A program made the position numbers and the translations under genes. Positions 13,091-26,006 of a stretch of 64,000 nucleotides of DNA are shown piece after piece. A model generated the notes under the pieces. The model did not search any database and was not told where the DNA came from. It saw nothing but the letters and a program-made list of their open reading frames with translations. The DNA lies in contig NC_042997.1 in assembly GCF_006345805.1 (NCBI RefSeq), forward strand, positions 94,674,001 to 94,738,000, read 5' to 3'. Source of the DNA: Octopus sinensis (Eukaryota). The first letter of the stretch is position 1. Each line of letters starts with the position of its first letter.

Positions 13091-14403
13091 CTAAAGCTGT
13101 AGTTTTCTCAGTTTATCTCTGTAGTTCATCGGCTCCACTGTTTCAATCTTTTTAGTGTAGTGGCGTTGGACTGCTTCAAGCTCCGTAGTTAGTTTGGCAC
13201 TATGTGATAACCATAACTGGAAGCAGTAGTCCAGGCGGTTGAGAACAAAAGTTCTCCACACGGTAAACATCATTTCGTGGTTTCTTGTCTTGAAGGACCT
13301 CACTATCCATCCTGCCAGTTGTCTGCACTTTGCTGCTATCTTGCTTATGTGTATCTGAAATACTGCGTCATTGCACATACTGATCCCCAAGTCTTTCACT
13401 GCCTGTGACGCTGGGATTGTAGTGCCTTCCGGTCCTGTAAATATAGATTGTACCATATTTGTGAGTTGATAGTGTTGTGCTTGAAATTGTCCAGCATTAA
13501 ACTGCATGTTGTTTATTTCATCCCACATGTATATTGAGTTCAGGTCCCGCTGTAAGCTTGTGACATCATCTTGGATTTTTATTTTCTGTGCTAATTTCGT
13601 ATCATCGGCATAGCTAGTGACAGTGGCATCGGACTAATCGTGGGCATTTCTAAGAGGGCTGTTATGAACAGTAATGGCCTCAGAACAGTTCCCTGGGGAA
13701 CACCACTTAGGATTTGGGTTTTCTCAGAAAGGGTGTGATTGGCTGCAATTATCTGACTTCTGTTTTTAAGGAAGTCATAATCCAGTCTCGCAGTTCACCA
13801 GCAATGTCAAGTCTCGTAGCTTATGATTTATCATACTATGATCTACCATATCTAATACCTTTGCGAAGTCAAGGCGTATCACACTGGCATCCGAATGGTC
13901 AAGCAACTGTTTCAAAACCCAGTCATAGTGCTGTAGGAGCTGTGTGAGGCAGCTTTTTCCTGGATGGAAGTCATGTTCAGTAGGAAATTTTCTACTGGGA
14001 ACATTATCGACTTCTTTCTGCAGATTCGCTCCATGACTTTAGTGATATGCGAAGTCAGAGAGATTGCACTGTAGTTTTTAACCTCTGCACTGCTTCCACT
14101 TTTGTGGATAGGGCATATAATACCGTCTTTCAGCTTTTTATGAAGTATACCACTTGCGAGGAGAAACTGGAAAACTATCTGAAGATATTTCACTGAAGCC
14201 TGCTTATATGATTTTAGCAGAATAGCTAGGGTGCCATCAGTACCAGTGGCGGAGCATGAACTCGTTCTATGTCTGGCCACCGTTACATCTGTTTCTTCAA
14301 TGTTTTTTAGAGTTGCAATTTCTAAGAATTCAGGCGGTTCTTTATCTGCGTGTGTCCAAGGGGAGAAGTCAAGACATTTTAAATTGTTCACTGAGTATCT
14401 CAA
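13091..14403 (-). mobile_element. Degenerate CR1/L2-like LINE reverse transcriptase region
   Basis: ICPIHKSGSSAEVKNYSAISLTSHITKVMER, SGVPQGTVLRPLLFI, TSYADDTKL, VKDLGI and RLDYCFQLW...LEAVQRHYTK, with frameshifts. Confidence 0.9.
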
Positions 14404-14456
14404 TTATTCTTCCTATATATAGATATAGATATGTATATATAAGTATATATACATAT

Positions 14457-15975
14457 GGAGTTAAGTACAGGAGTTAAGTACAGGGTGGTGATCATGTAAA
14501 GAGTTCAGGCCACTTGAGGTCCAGGGAGGCTTTGAACAAAGCGGTCGTCGGCATCTTCACCATCTCGTCTGGCAGCTTGTTCCACGGATCCGCAACCCGG
14601 ACGGAGAAAGCTCCTCTCCTTCGATTGAGATGAAATCGTCGCAGGTAGAGCTTTTCGGAATGACCCCGCAGCCGACGCTCTGGAGCAGGAGTGAAGAACA
14701 GCTCTTTCGAGAGGTTACACTTTCCGCTTATGATGTTGTGGGCGAGAATGAGATCACTACGGCGGCGGCGTTTTTCAAGAGAATAAAGTTCGAGCGTCCT
14801 CAGCCTTTCTTCGTAGGACAAATTTTTGAGACCATGAACCATGCGGGTAGCCAGCTTCTGGACTCTTTCGAGATGCTGTATGTCTTTGAGGAGATAAGGA
14901 GAAGAGGCTTGAATCTCATACTCCAATATGGGTCTCACCAGCGTGACATAGAGTGGTAGGAATATGGCTGCTGTGAGCATTCCGAATGACCGTCGAATCA
15001 AGAACAGAATTCCGCGTGCTTTGTTGGCAGCATGGACGCACTGGGCCGAAGGCGAAAAGGAGGAATCCACCAAGATACCTAGGTCCTTTACCTGATCGGT
15101 CCTCTCCAGCAGCAGACGACCCGGCTCTAAATCAAGTTGAGTTGCAGGAGTAGAGCCGACAGGCAGATGACAGCACTTTGACACGTTCAGACACAGGTCC
15201 CAATCGTTAGACCACTTCCAAATTTGGTGGAGGCATCGACGAAGATCCTCTATATTACCGCGAGGAGCGTGATGACCAATCGAAGCATTGGAGGTACCGA
15301 TCTATCAAATGGAGGGGGTTCACGACCATCATCTTGTTTGAAAATAGTTGAAAAAGCCTCGGCAAATAATTGACTCTGTTGATAAGGGTCCTCAATCGAT
15401 ACGCCTGTTGAGTCTACCAACGTTGCAATCTGGTTGTTCAAGCGGGAATTCCGCTGGACATGGGCAAAGAAGGTTTTTGGATTGCTACTGGCATTTGCCG
15501 CGATTTTGTATTCATAACTGAAGCGTTCATTCTTTTCGATTTTCACGGCTCGGTCTCGTTGTGTTTTGTACACCTCAAAAGCTGCAGTCGAATCCAGATT
15601 TTTGAATTCAGCCCAAGCAATATCTCTGAGTCGACGCTCTCGTTTAACCCTCTTCGTCACCCAGGGCTTGTGTTTCTTCCTCTTGGGAAGCCCAACGGGA
15701 ACTGCCTGGTCAGTCAAACAGATTACATATGCTTTGAGGGATGACCATAGTTCGTCAACTGAGGACAACGTCATCAGGGATCGCCAGTCCAGAAGCGCGG
15801 AAGCCTCGGTTAGAATTTCAAGATTAATTGCAGAGAAGACTCTACGTGGCAGCGAAGTAGTCGTGGGCGCAGAAAAAGTTGTGTGCATGACGAACTTCAG
15901 GACCGCATGATCACTCTTGGCAAGAGGGGTGCACACAGATACGTCTGACACTGACATAGAATGGCAGGACATATG
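14457..15975 (-). mobile_element. Young CR1-like LINE lacking the RT catalytic core
   Basis: ORF 15250-15972 is the APE end (PLAKSDHAVL) plus linker (KPWVTK, NPKTFFAHV). ORF 14492-15184 is the thumb and C-terminus (VKDLGILVD, LVRPILEY, LERVQKLATR, LRGH, WNKLP). No PQG or YADD motif lies between them. The 3' end has a tandem ggagttaagtacag duplication. Confidence 0.9.
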
Positions 15976-16008
15976 TAGGTATGCTCCGTAACACTAATTA
16001 TCTCTCAG

Positions 16009-16096
<88 letters not shown>

Positions 16097-16620
16097 CATA
16101 AATACTTATATGTACATACATACATACATACATACATACATACAAACATGTATGTATTCGTTTAATAATTTACTCTTCTATATATTTCAGCCTTGAGGCT
16201 GCGGTCATGCTAGGACACAAGCAGATGCGATGGGTTTTCAATTTAGTTTTTTCACAATTCTCTCTACGAATTTTCACTCATAACTCATTCATCAATTAGA
16301 GCATAGACTTTAAAGTACATTTCTCATATCTCTGTTTTTGGAATTGATGCTAGTAACTGTTTCCATAAGCGTTATAAACAAATTATTTTCGTCGTCCTCC
16401 ATCACATACAGAAATATGTAAGTGCTTTTATGTCGAGATTGCTCGGAATATAGTAGAGGGAAATTATATCGAACCATTTCCATTTCAGAAAACTGTACCC
16501 ACTTGACAGCTGATTCTGAGAAATGATGAATGAATCAGGCGGTCATGTGCAGGTTTACGAGATTTGATTGCTACTTGCCTTCGTATAAATGGGAATGTTC
16601 CATATATAGATATATATAAA

Positions 16621-17507
16621 TATAAATGGTGCGGTGGTTATATTGTCGTCAAAAATTACGCAAAAATAAAAATAAATCTGACATCTCACTGTTGCAGATA
16701 TATTTGCCAAAATTACCTAAAAATATCTTGAAAAACTAAAGAGTAAATTTATTCAATAAAATCGCCCTTGGCTTCAACCAAATGACTTCGGAATTTCCTA
16801 TAACTCTTATGGGTGGTCTCCTTGTTTAAGTTGATGTATGCTGCTATAATCCTTGCCTTCAGTTCATATTTGCTGTTACAAGGAGTTTTGTTGGTCTCTC
16901 GTTCAACTGCGCCTCACACTTCATAATCTATTGGGTTGCGGTCTGGGGAGTTATTTGGCCAGAGATTTGGGTTGATGTGGTCGCAGAAATTATCTGAAAG
17001 CTATGACTGGGTTCTCCTGGTTGTGTGGCATAGCGCAGAGTCCTGTTGCCAGAGAGGTTCTTCCAGCAGCCATTCTCTTAACTTAGGGCAGTACTACCTC
17101 CTGCAGGCACTTGATGTAGGCCTCAGTGTTGAGTCTGAATCTCTGTGGGAAGATGAATGGAGGCATAACGTCGCTATCACTAGTGATCATTCCAAACATC
17201 ATGATGTTGACTGAATGTTTGATTTTCATCACTCCCAGTACATGTTTTGGGGACACGGCAAGGCAACAGTTATTCTGTTTGTGTTTGCCATCTATTCGTA
17301 TTGTATCGTCCGGGGCAAATGCCAAGCAGTACAGCATATCTTTTCCCAATTTCTGTCAGAGTGAATTGCGTCATGGTACTGTTTTTCTCACAGACTGTAC
17401 CCAACTGAACTTACAATACTGTGTAGTCGACAAAATCAGAAACAGACAATGCGCATGGGTGACATTAAAAATATGAAACGGTGACAATTTACCCATCAAA
17501 CCCTGTA
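16621..17507 (-). mobile_element. Internally deleted maT/DD37D-like DNA transposon with degenerate TIRs
   Basis: MMFGMITSDSDVMPPFIFPQRFRLNTEAYIKCLQEVVLP and WQQDSALCH...LWPNNSPDRNPIDY. Right end reverse-complements to tacagggtttgatgggtaaattgtc, versus left tataaatggtgcggtggttatattgtc. Confidence 0.85.
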
Positions 17508-17884
17508 TTTATATATATAATATAAATAATATATGTAATAATAATATAAATAAAATATGTATATGTGTGTATATATATCCATATATAGGTACAGGACGTC
17601 ACCAACAGTAAACAAAATGAAATACGAAAAGAAATGAGTTAAATACGCAAATAACGAGAGAATAAAAAGGACAAGTAAAAAAAAGAATGACTCTCCATCA
17701 GTTGTCGGCTGTCTGTCTACTCCCGGTTTCAGGCAATCAACGACAATATGAGGCTTCGAGGACAGTTGCTCCCATAAATAACAAAATAAAATTTTGGATT
17801 TATGGAGGGTCAAAGTTAGGAACAAAAGCAGGATGGTGGAGGTATACATACATACATATATGTGTGTGTGTATATATATATATA

Positions 17885-18022
<138 letters not shown>

Positions 18023-18152
18023 ATATATATGTAATATATATATATAGTTAATCCAAACAAGAAAACACAGAAAAAAAAGAGAAAAAAACACAGCAACGCA
18101 GGACATGGAACAATTAAAGTATTATTGACGCTCAGGAAAGAAGGGAAGGAGG

Positions 18153-18187
18153 GTTTAACGTTTCGAGCGGAGCTCTTCGTCGGAAAC
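18153..18187 (-). ncRNA. Minimal type I hammerhead-like motif with CCGACGA core, in a cassette of about 225 bp between (TA)n tracts
   Basis: gttt CCGACGA a-GAGC-tcc-GCTC GAAA CG TT aaac, with palindromic AACGTT at stem III. Confidence 0.65.
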
Positions 18188-18388
18188 AAGGAGAAGGAAA
18201 GATCCCAAGGAGGGAAGACAGAGGAGAAAATATTTGAGCTGGTGGTGCTTAAGAGATCACATGTTGAAAGATATATATACATATATGTACATATATATAT
18301 ACATACATATATAAGTACATATATATATATATATCTATATATATATATATATATATATATGTAATATATATATATATACACACACATA

Positions 18389-18438
<50 letters not shown>

Positions 18439-18474
18439 TTATATATATATAAACATATATATCTATATACATTG

Positions 18475-18536
<62 letters not shown>

Positions 18537-19020
18537 ATATATATTCATGTATAAATATATATATATATGTATATATTTATATTAGACTATTTATATTTTG
18601 TATTTTTTTTTATTTCCATTAATTTTTATTTGAGACTTTATTGTTTGTATGTACTTGTATTTGCATGTTGTGACATGAGGATGTAATGCTTAAAATTTGT
18701 GTATAAGACAATGAGAAACCAAAGGTGATTCCTCAGTAACTTTGAACCCACTCACCTGAACAAGTGTAGGTACACAGCTATATTTGGATCATGTTGATTC
18801 AGGTATATGTAGGATATATGTAACACTCATGAATTATCAGTTGATAATATTACCCAGAGACAATTGAACAGAATTGAATTAAAGCCTGTTCATTCCATCT
18901 TCTTGTGGTAGAGTTTTTGTGTATACATTCTGCAGATATTAGCGGATTTCTGCATACATATCCCGTAAAATGAGGATTCCTGCTGCTTGATAGCGTATCG
19001 TAGCTGTTACCCGGGTAGGA

Positions 19021-19693
19021 GCTTTCTATATCAATTGAATCAATTTCGGAATTAATCCCTATACAGGATACATTCTTCTTCGGTAGAGCTTTCGAGGGGA
19101 TATGAATAAAATACTCACATGTGATCATGGAAAAAGCAGAAGCTAAAAACACAACTACATTTAAGTACACCATATATATCTAAAAATAAAAATTCTTTGG
19201 TCAGTCTCAGAACAACGTGATGACCTATCGCCGCTACATATTGTAATGGTTACCGGTCCCCTTGTAACAAGCAGTGAGTTTACTCCTAACAATATAGGAT
19301 GAAGTCCCTTTCTCTACAGAAAAGGATTCCATCAGAAAGCGTGGCAGTATATTAAAAAACCTTTACGGTTGAAGTTGAGTATTTTATTTATATCCCCTCG
19401 AAAGCTCTACCGAAGAAGAATGTATCCTTTATAGGGATTAATTCCGAAATTGATTCAATATAGAGATAACGAAATTTAAATTTTCTAAAGGTTAGTTGCC
19501 CGCTTTCAGTTCAATTTTCCTGTAACAAGTGGATTATAAGTGGATAAATCAGTGTATTGGCTTTAGAATTAACCTTCTTTAGCCCTTAATTATAAAATGT
19601 TTATACTTCAACCGTAAAGGTTTTTTTTTAATATACTGCCACGCTTTCTGATGGAATCCTTTTCTGTAGAGAAAGGGAATTCATCCTATATTA
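19021..19693. repeat. Two interleaved inverted repeats (A 19025-19117 / A' 19376-19465; B 19291-19376 / B' 19604-19693), PLE pseudo-LTR-like
   Basis: Near-identical reverse complements read directly. The block ends at a (TA)n tract. Confidence 0.9.
19405..19465 (+). ncRNA. Type I hammerhead-like motif with CCGAAGA core (inverted copy at 19025-19088)
   Basis: ctcta CCGAAGA aGAAT-gt-ATCCTT-tat-AGGGAT-ta-ATTCc GAAA TTGA-t-TCAA TA tagag. Confidence 0.7.
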
Positions 19694-19705
19694 TATATAT
19701 ATAAT

Positions 19706-19772
<67 letters not shown>

Positions 19773-19775
<3 letters not shown>

Positions 19776-20402
19776 TAAAGTCAAAATGAGGGTGAAAAAA
19801 TTGGATATTAATTTAAACACCAGTGACTTAGCGTATAAAAGACTGAGATTCAGTAAATATTATTAATACACAACTATGAGAGAGAATCCACTATGTGGAC
19901 GCTCTTACGCTAGATATAGATCCGCAAAGGGACTCAACTAGTAAGAATTGTTCTCAAGAAATAATTTAGCACACCAAGAACGTAAGCGAGCAGGACAAAT
20001 GAAAAATAACGAAAATATAGATTAACACCATAAAATTGTTTCACCGTTAATAAATTATGTAATTTTACTTACATAAATATCCTCGGATCATCGGTGGAGT
20101 ACGTCATAAAATATAATTTGTCGAACTGCACGCTACATATTAACAAGAGAAATTTAAAATGAGGGTGAGAAATTTGATATTAATTTAATTAACATCAATT
20201 TCACACCAGTGGTGTAGCATATAAAAAACTGAAGGTTCTGTAAAATTGTACTATATACATATGAGAGGGAGACCACTATATGGATACACTTACTCTAGAA
20301 GTAGATCCGCTATGGTCCTACAACTAAGAAATGTTCTTGAGTACATCTCTTAGTGGTAAGACCATAGCGGATCTACTTCTAGCATAAGGGTATCCACATA
20401 GT
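19773..20402. repeat. Diverged direct repeat (19775-19965 and 20153-20342) plus terminal fold-back (20274-20330 / 20346-20402), PLE pseudo-LTR-like
   Basis: Both units begin aaaatgagggtga.aaatt.gatattaatttaa and contain ccactat.tgga....cttac.ctaga..tagatccgc. The last 55 bp or so invert the second unit. Confidence 0.8.
20025..20100 (-). ncRNA. Degenerate type I hammerhead-like motif with CCGATGA core
   Basis: actcca CCGATGA tCCG...TTATGTAA-gtaaaa-TTACATAA...CGGt GAAA caattt TA tggtgt. Stem I pairs 5 of 6. Confidence 0.6.
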
Positions 20403-21226
20403 ATGTATATATATACCTAATGTTAATAAAGTATGCTGCTTTTTTTTATCCAAGGCAGTTTTAAGTGGTAAGTTATATGCATGCAAAGACAAAGGGTAAT
20501 AGATTCATAAAATATATTATTTTTCTCTGTAGCATTACAGAGAGCGACAATGACCAATGGTTTATGTGACAACTATCGAAAAATGAAACCGTTTATAATT
20601 AAAAGGATTGTTTCCACAACGTTCTTCGAAGTAATAATTACTATAAATTTATCCCTTGAATGTAAATAATTGAATCATGTATTTGCCTGTATATGTTATT
20701 TATTACCAGCGTAAGAAATGCCATTCCTGTGAATTAGTTATTAGATATTCCGTAATTTGGAGAAGTTAACACATGATTAGTTAATAGAAATATATAAACT
20801 CTCCCTGTATGTCTCTGAATTTTACGAAATATGAGTTTCGAAAAACTGTTGTAGCATAAATATTAACTTGTATCTTTCTCTTCCTCTCATCAATAAGATA
20901 GAATTCTAAAATCTGTAAACGTCGTAAAGCATATATTTTATGTCATTCAAATCGATATTAGAAAAGCGAAATGCACTTGAAGTAGAAAAGGCTAGACGGA
21001 AGATTATAATCAATACCCTACGAAGCCTATTCAAACAACAGGAAACTGAATAACAAAGATACTGTTTTTCACAGTAATTAGTGTGTCTGCTTCTTCTGTC
21101 AGAGCTGATAACTGATAAAACCTAGAGAATTTACACGAGGCATAGATTAACTAGATTTAAAATATATTTCTTTAAAAATCCGAAAAAAGTGCTATTATTT
21201 TTCCAACTCAGGTTTTCTACTAATAC

Positions 21227-21305
21227 TTTACAGCTGCGAAATATCTTTACAAGATCATCAATCTTTCCTCGAAGCTCTTTAGCATTTTGTTGAATGCTAG
21301 ACAAA
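21227..21305 (-). CDS. Candidate 79-nt exon (LSSIQQNAKELRGKIDDLVKIFRSCK)
   Basis: Acceptor catttaatttcag and an open, protein-like helical frame. The donor is uncertain: AAA|gtatta was chosen, and two gtaaag alternatives exist. Confidence 0.6.
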
Positions 21306-21769
21306 CTGAAATTAAATGCAGTCGTGACTTTTCATCAGATAGTCCTCGCCTATTGATGTTTTTCACTGCGTTTAGTCTCTGTTTTATATCATATGCAAAA
21401 ATCTGAAAGCGAAGAAGTGTCTAATAGGCTACTACTTTCATAGCTGTGATAGAAATGTAAAAATATATTAAATTATGGTTCGCAATAACAAGAACATTCT
21501 CAGAAAAATACAGCTGGAACAACGATTTATATTCAGTATTAAATTAGTTAGATAATAACAAGATATCTAGAGATATATATATATTTCCACACGTCTTCAT
21601 AAAAGAAACCATCCATCTCAAAACGATTCTAAGTTAATTATTTCTTTACCCATTTTATTTTCTTGTAACATTTTAATTTTATCTCAAATATATATCAACT
21701 AGTTCTCTCGTTTGGGGAGGTTACTTAAGTTGTCAACGTAACAATGAATAATAATGTATCTGCAATTAA

Positions 21770-21843
<74 letters not shown>

Positions 21844-21865
21844 CATATATATTTATATGAATATA

Positions 21866-21904
<39 letters not shown>

Positions 21905-22109
21905 ACCTGAATATATGTATGCAAATATGTATGTAGGAAGGTGTATTTGTCTGAGTGTACATATTTGTGTACGTGTATGTGCGCGCGCGCGTGCGCCTGT
22001 GTGTGCGCCTGTGTGTGCGTGTGTGCGCCTGTGCATCGTTGTATACGTGTAAAAAAATGATTATTCATTATACCTAATGACAGTTTCATTTTTGCTCAGT
22101 GGAGTCTAA

Positions 22110-22347
22110 TACTTATTTATTTATTTACTACCTCAAAGGGCTAATAACAGAGGGCACAAAAAATGACAGACAAACGGATTAAGTCGATTATATCGACCCC
22201 AGTACGTTACTGGTACTTATTTAATCGACCCCGAAAGGATAAAAGGCAAAGTCGACCTCGGCTGAATTTGAACTCAGAACGTAACGGCAGATGAAATACA
22301 GCTACGCATTTCGCCCGGAGTGCTAACGTTTCTGCCAGCTCACCGCC
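22110..22347 (-). mobile_element. tRNA-derived SINE monomer A
   Basis: Reverse complement of the 28116-28349 element, with an (AAAT)n-like tail and a decayed TSD-like pair ctaatacttat/ccaatccttat. Confidence 0.9.
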
Positions 22348-22725
22348 TTCCAATCCTTATTGCCACAGGAATTGCTCTCATAAGCATTCTTTCTTACTTC
22401 CAGATCTCTTTGTCCCATCTCGCCTTACTCGAAAATTCAGAGCCTTTTTTCATTAACATACTGTAGTGCTTCCACGAATAACTGACTGTTTCTGTGGTCG
22501 TAGCACTTTTCCTCGTACAGCCAGAACTTCAGAACGCTCTTCCATCCCATTAGGTTATCCCCCTTTTTATGACTTGAACTCTTTCAAGTCTAAAAAATAA
22601 TTTATCCCATTTTTGTTTTTATATCTCCTTCGCCTTCTTTCAAATCTCATTTTTTCTTCTTTCATTATCTAAGTACATATAGACATGTATGCATATTTAT
22701 ATGCATACATACATACACACACACT

Positions 22726-22796
<71 letters not shown>

Positions 22797-22952
22797 AGTG
22801 TGTATATATATGTCAAATGTGGGACACGACTGTCACTACATAAACCTGATGATGACTGTGTATTCTTCGTATAGGCAACTAGTCAGTGGTTTCATAGGGT
22901 TTTTGCTATCCCTGAATGAGGTATTTAACCTTTACATATTTTTATATATATA

Positions 22953-23340
22953 CTAGCAGTATCGCCCGGCATTGCTCGGATTTGTTTCGACCCTTTAGAA
23001 TTGGAATTTTTGAAAAGTAAAACTTTTGCATTATGTAACTTGTTATTCTCTTTCAGAGAACTTTTTTCTGGTTGAAATACACCGAAAAATAGCGACACAG
23101 CAGTCAAAAAATCGTAAAAAATAGGGATTTTCATAGAAAAAAAGCACATTTTGTTATGTAAATAATTTTTGGTGTTAACACGGTCCGATTTCAATTTTTT
23201 CTTCTACGGAAGAAGATCAAGCTTTCTTCTATCATACTCTCAATTTTGGTCAACTTGCGCCGCAGGGTCTCGGAGGATATAATGTTAGTTGAAGGCTACC
23301 AAACCTGCCATACACAGACAACTTCAGCTTTATATATATA
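22953..23340 (-). mobile_element. Short non-autonomous Helitron
   Basis: The 3' end on the minus strand has hairpin tccgagcaatgccggg, then CTAG|T at 22953. The 5' end tatataaagctgaagttgtctgtgt is typical of animal Helitron ends. Confidence 0.75.
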
Positions 23341-24715
23341 CAAGAAGCATAGCCCGGCGTTGCCCGGATATGTAAGAGCCCCTAGTAGGCAACGACTAAT
23401 CCCAATCTAGTCCTTTCCCTCTAGGGAACGAAGGCGCATGTGTAGGCTGCAATGTCTTCTCTTCACTCGAATACTTCTGTGTATACGATGTTCCTAGCTG
23501 TCCCTTTGGGCGAAAACATGAAAACATCATTGCGTGAACAGCCCACGTAGAGTTGACCGTGGGCGAAGCACTGTTCACCCAAATGTAACCCAGCGACTTG
23601 TAGCATTTGGCCTTGGGATTTATTGGGTAGCATTTTGGTGGATAGCAAATGTATTTGGCAAAAGTGTAATAAAAAGGAACACGTAGGGTAAGTATCCCAA
23701 AATGTATAAAAATGTACAAAAACGGCAAAAAAGCGGGCAGCAATGTGAGTGACAACAACGAAAAAGTCAAAAGTGACCAAACTGAACAAACGAATGGAAA
23801 AGGTTTTTTGGAGCACACGACAAAAGCGGCTTATAATAAACCAAGAGTTTGCAAGTAGCGTCCGAGGACCCTTTGGGTACGTCAAAAATTTAAGGTAAAA
23901 GGTTTGGGGTGGTAGTTATAGAGAAACTTTAAACAAAAAAAGTATTCGAATAACTTGCGGCTGCAGCAGCTATTAGCAGAAGTGGCGGTGTTGGGGGTAA
24001 AGTCTCGAATGTAATTTCTTCCTGGTAGGAATTGATTGGGTTGAATTATCGATAGCTGTTTGATCGTGTAAGATTTGGGAGTGTAAGAGAGTTAAAAAGG
24101 TCGAGTTGCGTCCCCTAGACAGTATGTGGTTTGTGTTTAATACACAAATCAGTTTGCTATGTGTGCCACATATGATTTAATTAACCGATTTTTTCCTGTA
24201 ATAAAGAATCCTATTGGAATAAAAAGGGCCATATAGCTCCTTGAAGCAGACATGATGCTCGCAGTGAATTTAAAAAGAAATTCCTGCCAATTTGTGAAAG
24301 ATATTGTCGAAAATATGTCATCTTGAATTTGAACGCGATTTCGCAAAATGGCATGATTTTATCGATTTTTTCTGACGGTAAGGTATTGCATGGAAAACTA
24401 AAGTCAGAATTAAGTTTCTTAGGGTAACATTAAGCTTCACCATGAGTTTGGTTAAAATCGATTGCAAGCTGCAAAAACTACAACAGAAAATGTGTTGCAT
24501 ATAAAAAGCTTAGATTCTCGACCCCATATCGAATTTATCAAGTTTTTTCAGAACTGGGGGAACTTTTCAAAATTTTCGCTGCGTTAGTTTTGAATTATGA
24601 CATTGGGCTATGTGTGTTCTAAGTTTCATCATAATCGGTTGAAAGCCGCGGTCAGGGTGAGGGTACAACGTGACAGACGCACACACAGACAAACTGGCGT
24701 TTACATAGAGAAAGA
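23341..24715 (-). mobile_element. Non-autonomous Helitron retaining the Pif1-like helicase C-terminus
   Basis: 5' end A|TCtttctctatgtaaacg. 3' hairpin ccgggcaacgccggg followed by CTTG (decayed CTAG). Positions 23463-23630 encode NKSQGQMLQVAGLHLGEQCFAHGQLYVGCSR...TARNIVYTEVFE* (helicase motifs V/VI). Confidence 0.88.
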
Positions 24716-24882
24716 TATATATATATATATATATATGTATGTATACATAGATATATATATAAATATATTTATACATGTATATAAATATATATACATATAT
24801 ATATATATATATAAATATATATACTACATATATACATATATAAATATATCTACTTACATATATATATATATATGTAAGTATA

Positions 24883-24922
<40 letters not shown>

Positions 24923-26006
24923 TACTTACATATATATATATATATACATATATATATAGTTTCAGCTCAAAGCTGTGGCCATGCTGGGGCTCCGCCGTTT
25001 TGCTACACTGTTATTTTTCAAAGCCTCCCCTAACATGTGGCATTTGATGAATAAGTGTTTTTGATGTCGCTACTCACATTTGCACCACTTGTGACTATAT
25101 GTAATTGTAGACATAGTCTTTTATCTAATTTTAATACGCGCCGATATTTTTTCATATTATTAAATTCGTTGTATCAACATTTAGCTTCAATTACTCTATT
25201 TGTTTCTTTAGATATTATACCTTCTGATACATTGAATTGCTTTACATTTAAGCTTCTTTGTAAGTCTAAACAAAAATGGAAAATACATTTTTTTTTTTCA
25301 AAAATCTAGCAATGAATGATCAGCAAAAATGCGAATATACATTTTAAAATGAAGTATTGACGCAGGTGGTTAGATTTTCAAATTTTTGCTTCCTTGGGTT
25401 TTCTATGCTGCGAGTATGGAAGAAATAGTTTGCAAAATGTAATGACGCAGATTATATAATAGAATCTCCCTTATTTGCTCTATAAATAAATTATTACCAG
25501 TGAACATGATATTTTCCCTCAAGATAAAATGGAAAATTTAATTACTTTGGCATGTTTGCACTATTTCCGGTTTCGTCAACTTGTTAAGGAAATTGTTTGT
25601 TGTTATAATATCTAGGAGGGAGAATGAAGTGTAAAAAGAGTTCAAACTCATGGTCTAAGACACAAGTAGTATGTGTTCAATTCATATAGACGCAGTTAGA
25701 ATTATACTGCAAATGTATTTGAAGTGCTAATAAATATCTCAACCAAAAAATCCCTGTCCAAATGACGTTGTCACTTCTGATGAAAGCGAGTATCTATGAA
25801 ACCTCGAATAATAAGTTCCCTGTAATTTGTGTGCCAGCACGACATGGTAAAAATAACTGTTGAATTCTTAATAAATCAAATCTTACCTCTGAGGGTCGAA
25901 AGCGCTAGATATTGCCTGTCTGAAACTATTAATAACCACGACAGGAGTGTTTTTAATAGTATCATATAATAATTATGATATGTTATAATTATATTATATT
26001 AGATAA

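Noticed and set aside
17685-17745. Possible type II hammerhead on the minus strand (GAAA...TA...CTGATGG)
   Set aside because: The core is mutated and there is no convincing stem I or stem II pairing.
22845-22895. CTGATGA...GCAACTAGTC hammerhead-like remnant; similar weak cases at about 10275, 10630 and 10930
   Set aside because: GAAA or other core bases are mutated and the stems do not pair. They are plausibly dead copies but cannot be supported individually.
25887-25919. 33-nt minus-strand exon candidate with a GAG|gtaaga donor (QAISSAFDPQ)
   Set aside because: It is phase-compatible with 21305, but it sits in what looks like a decayed repeat and its upstream link is ambiguous. Too uncertain to list.
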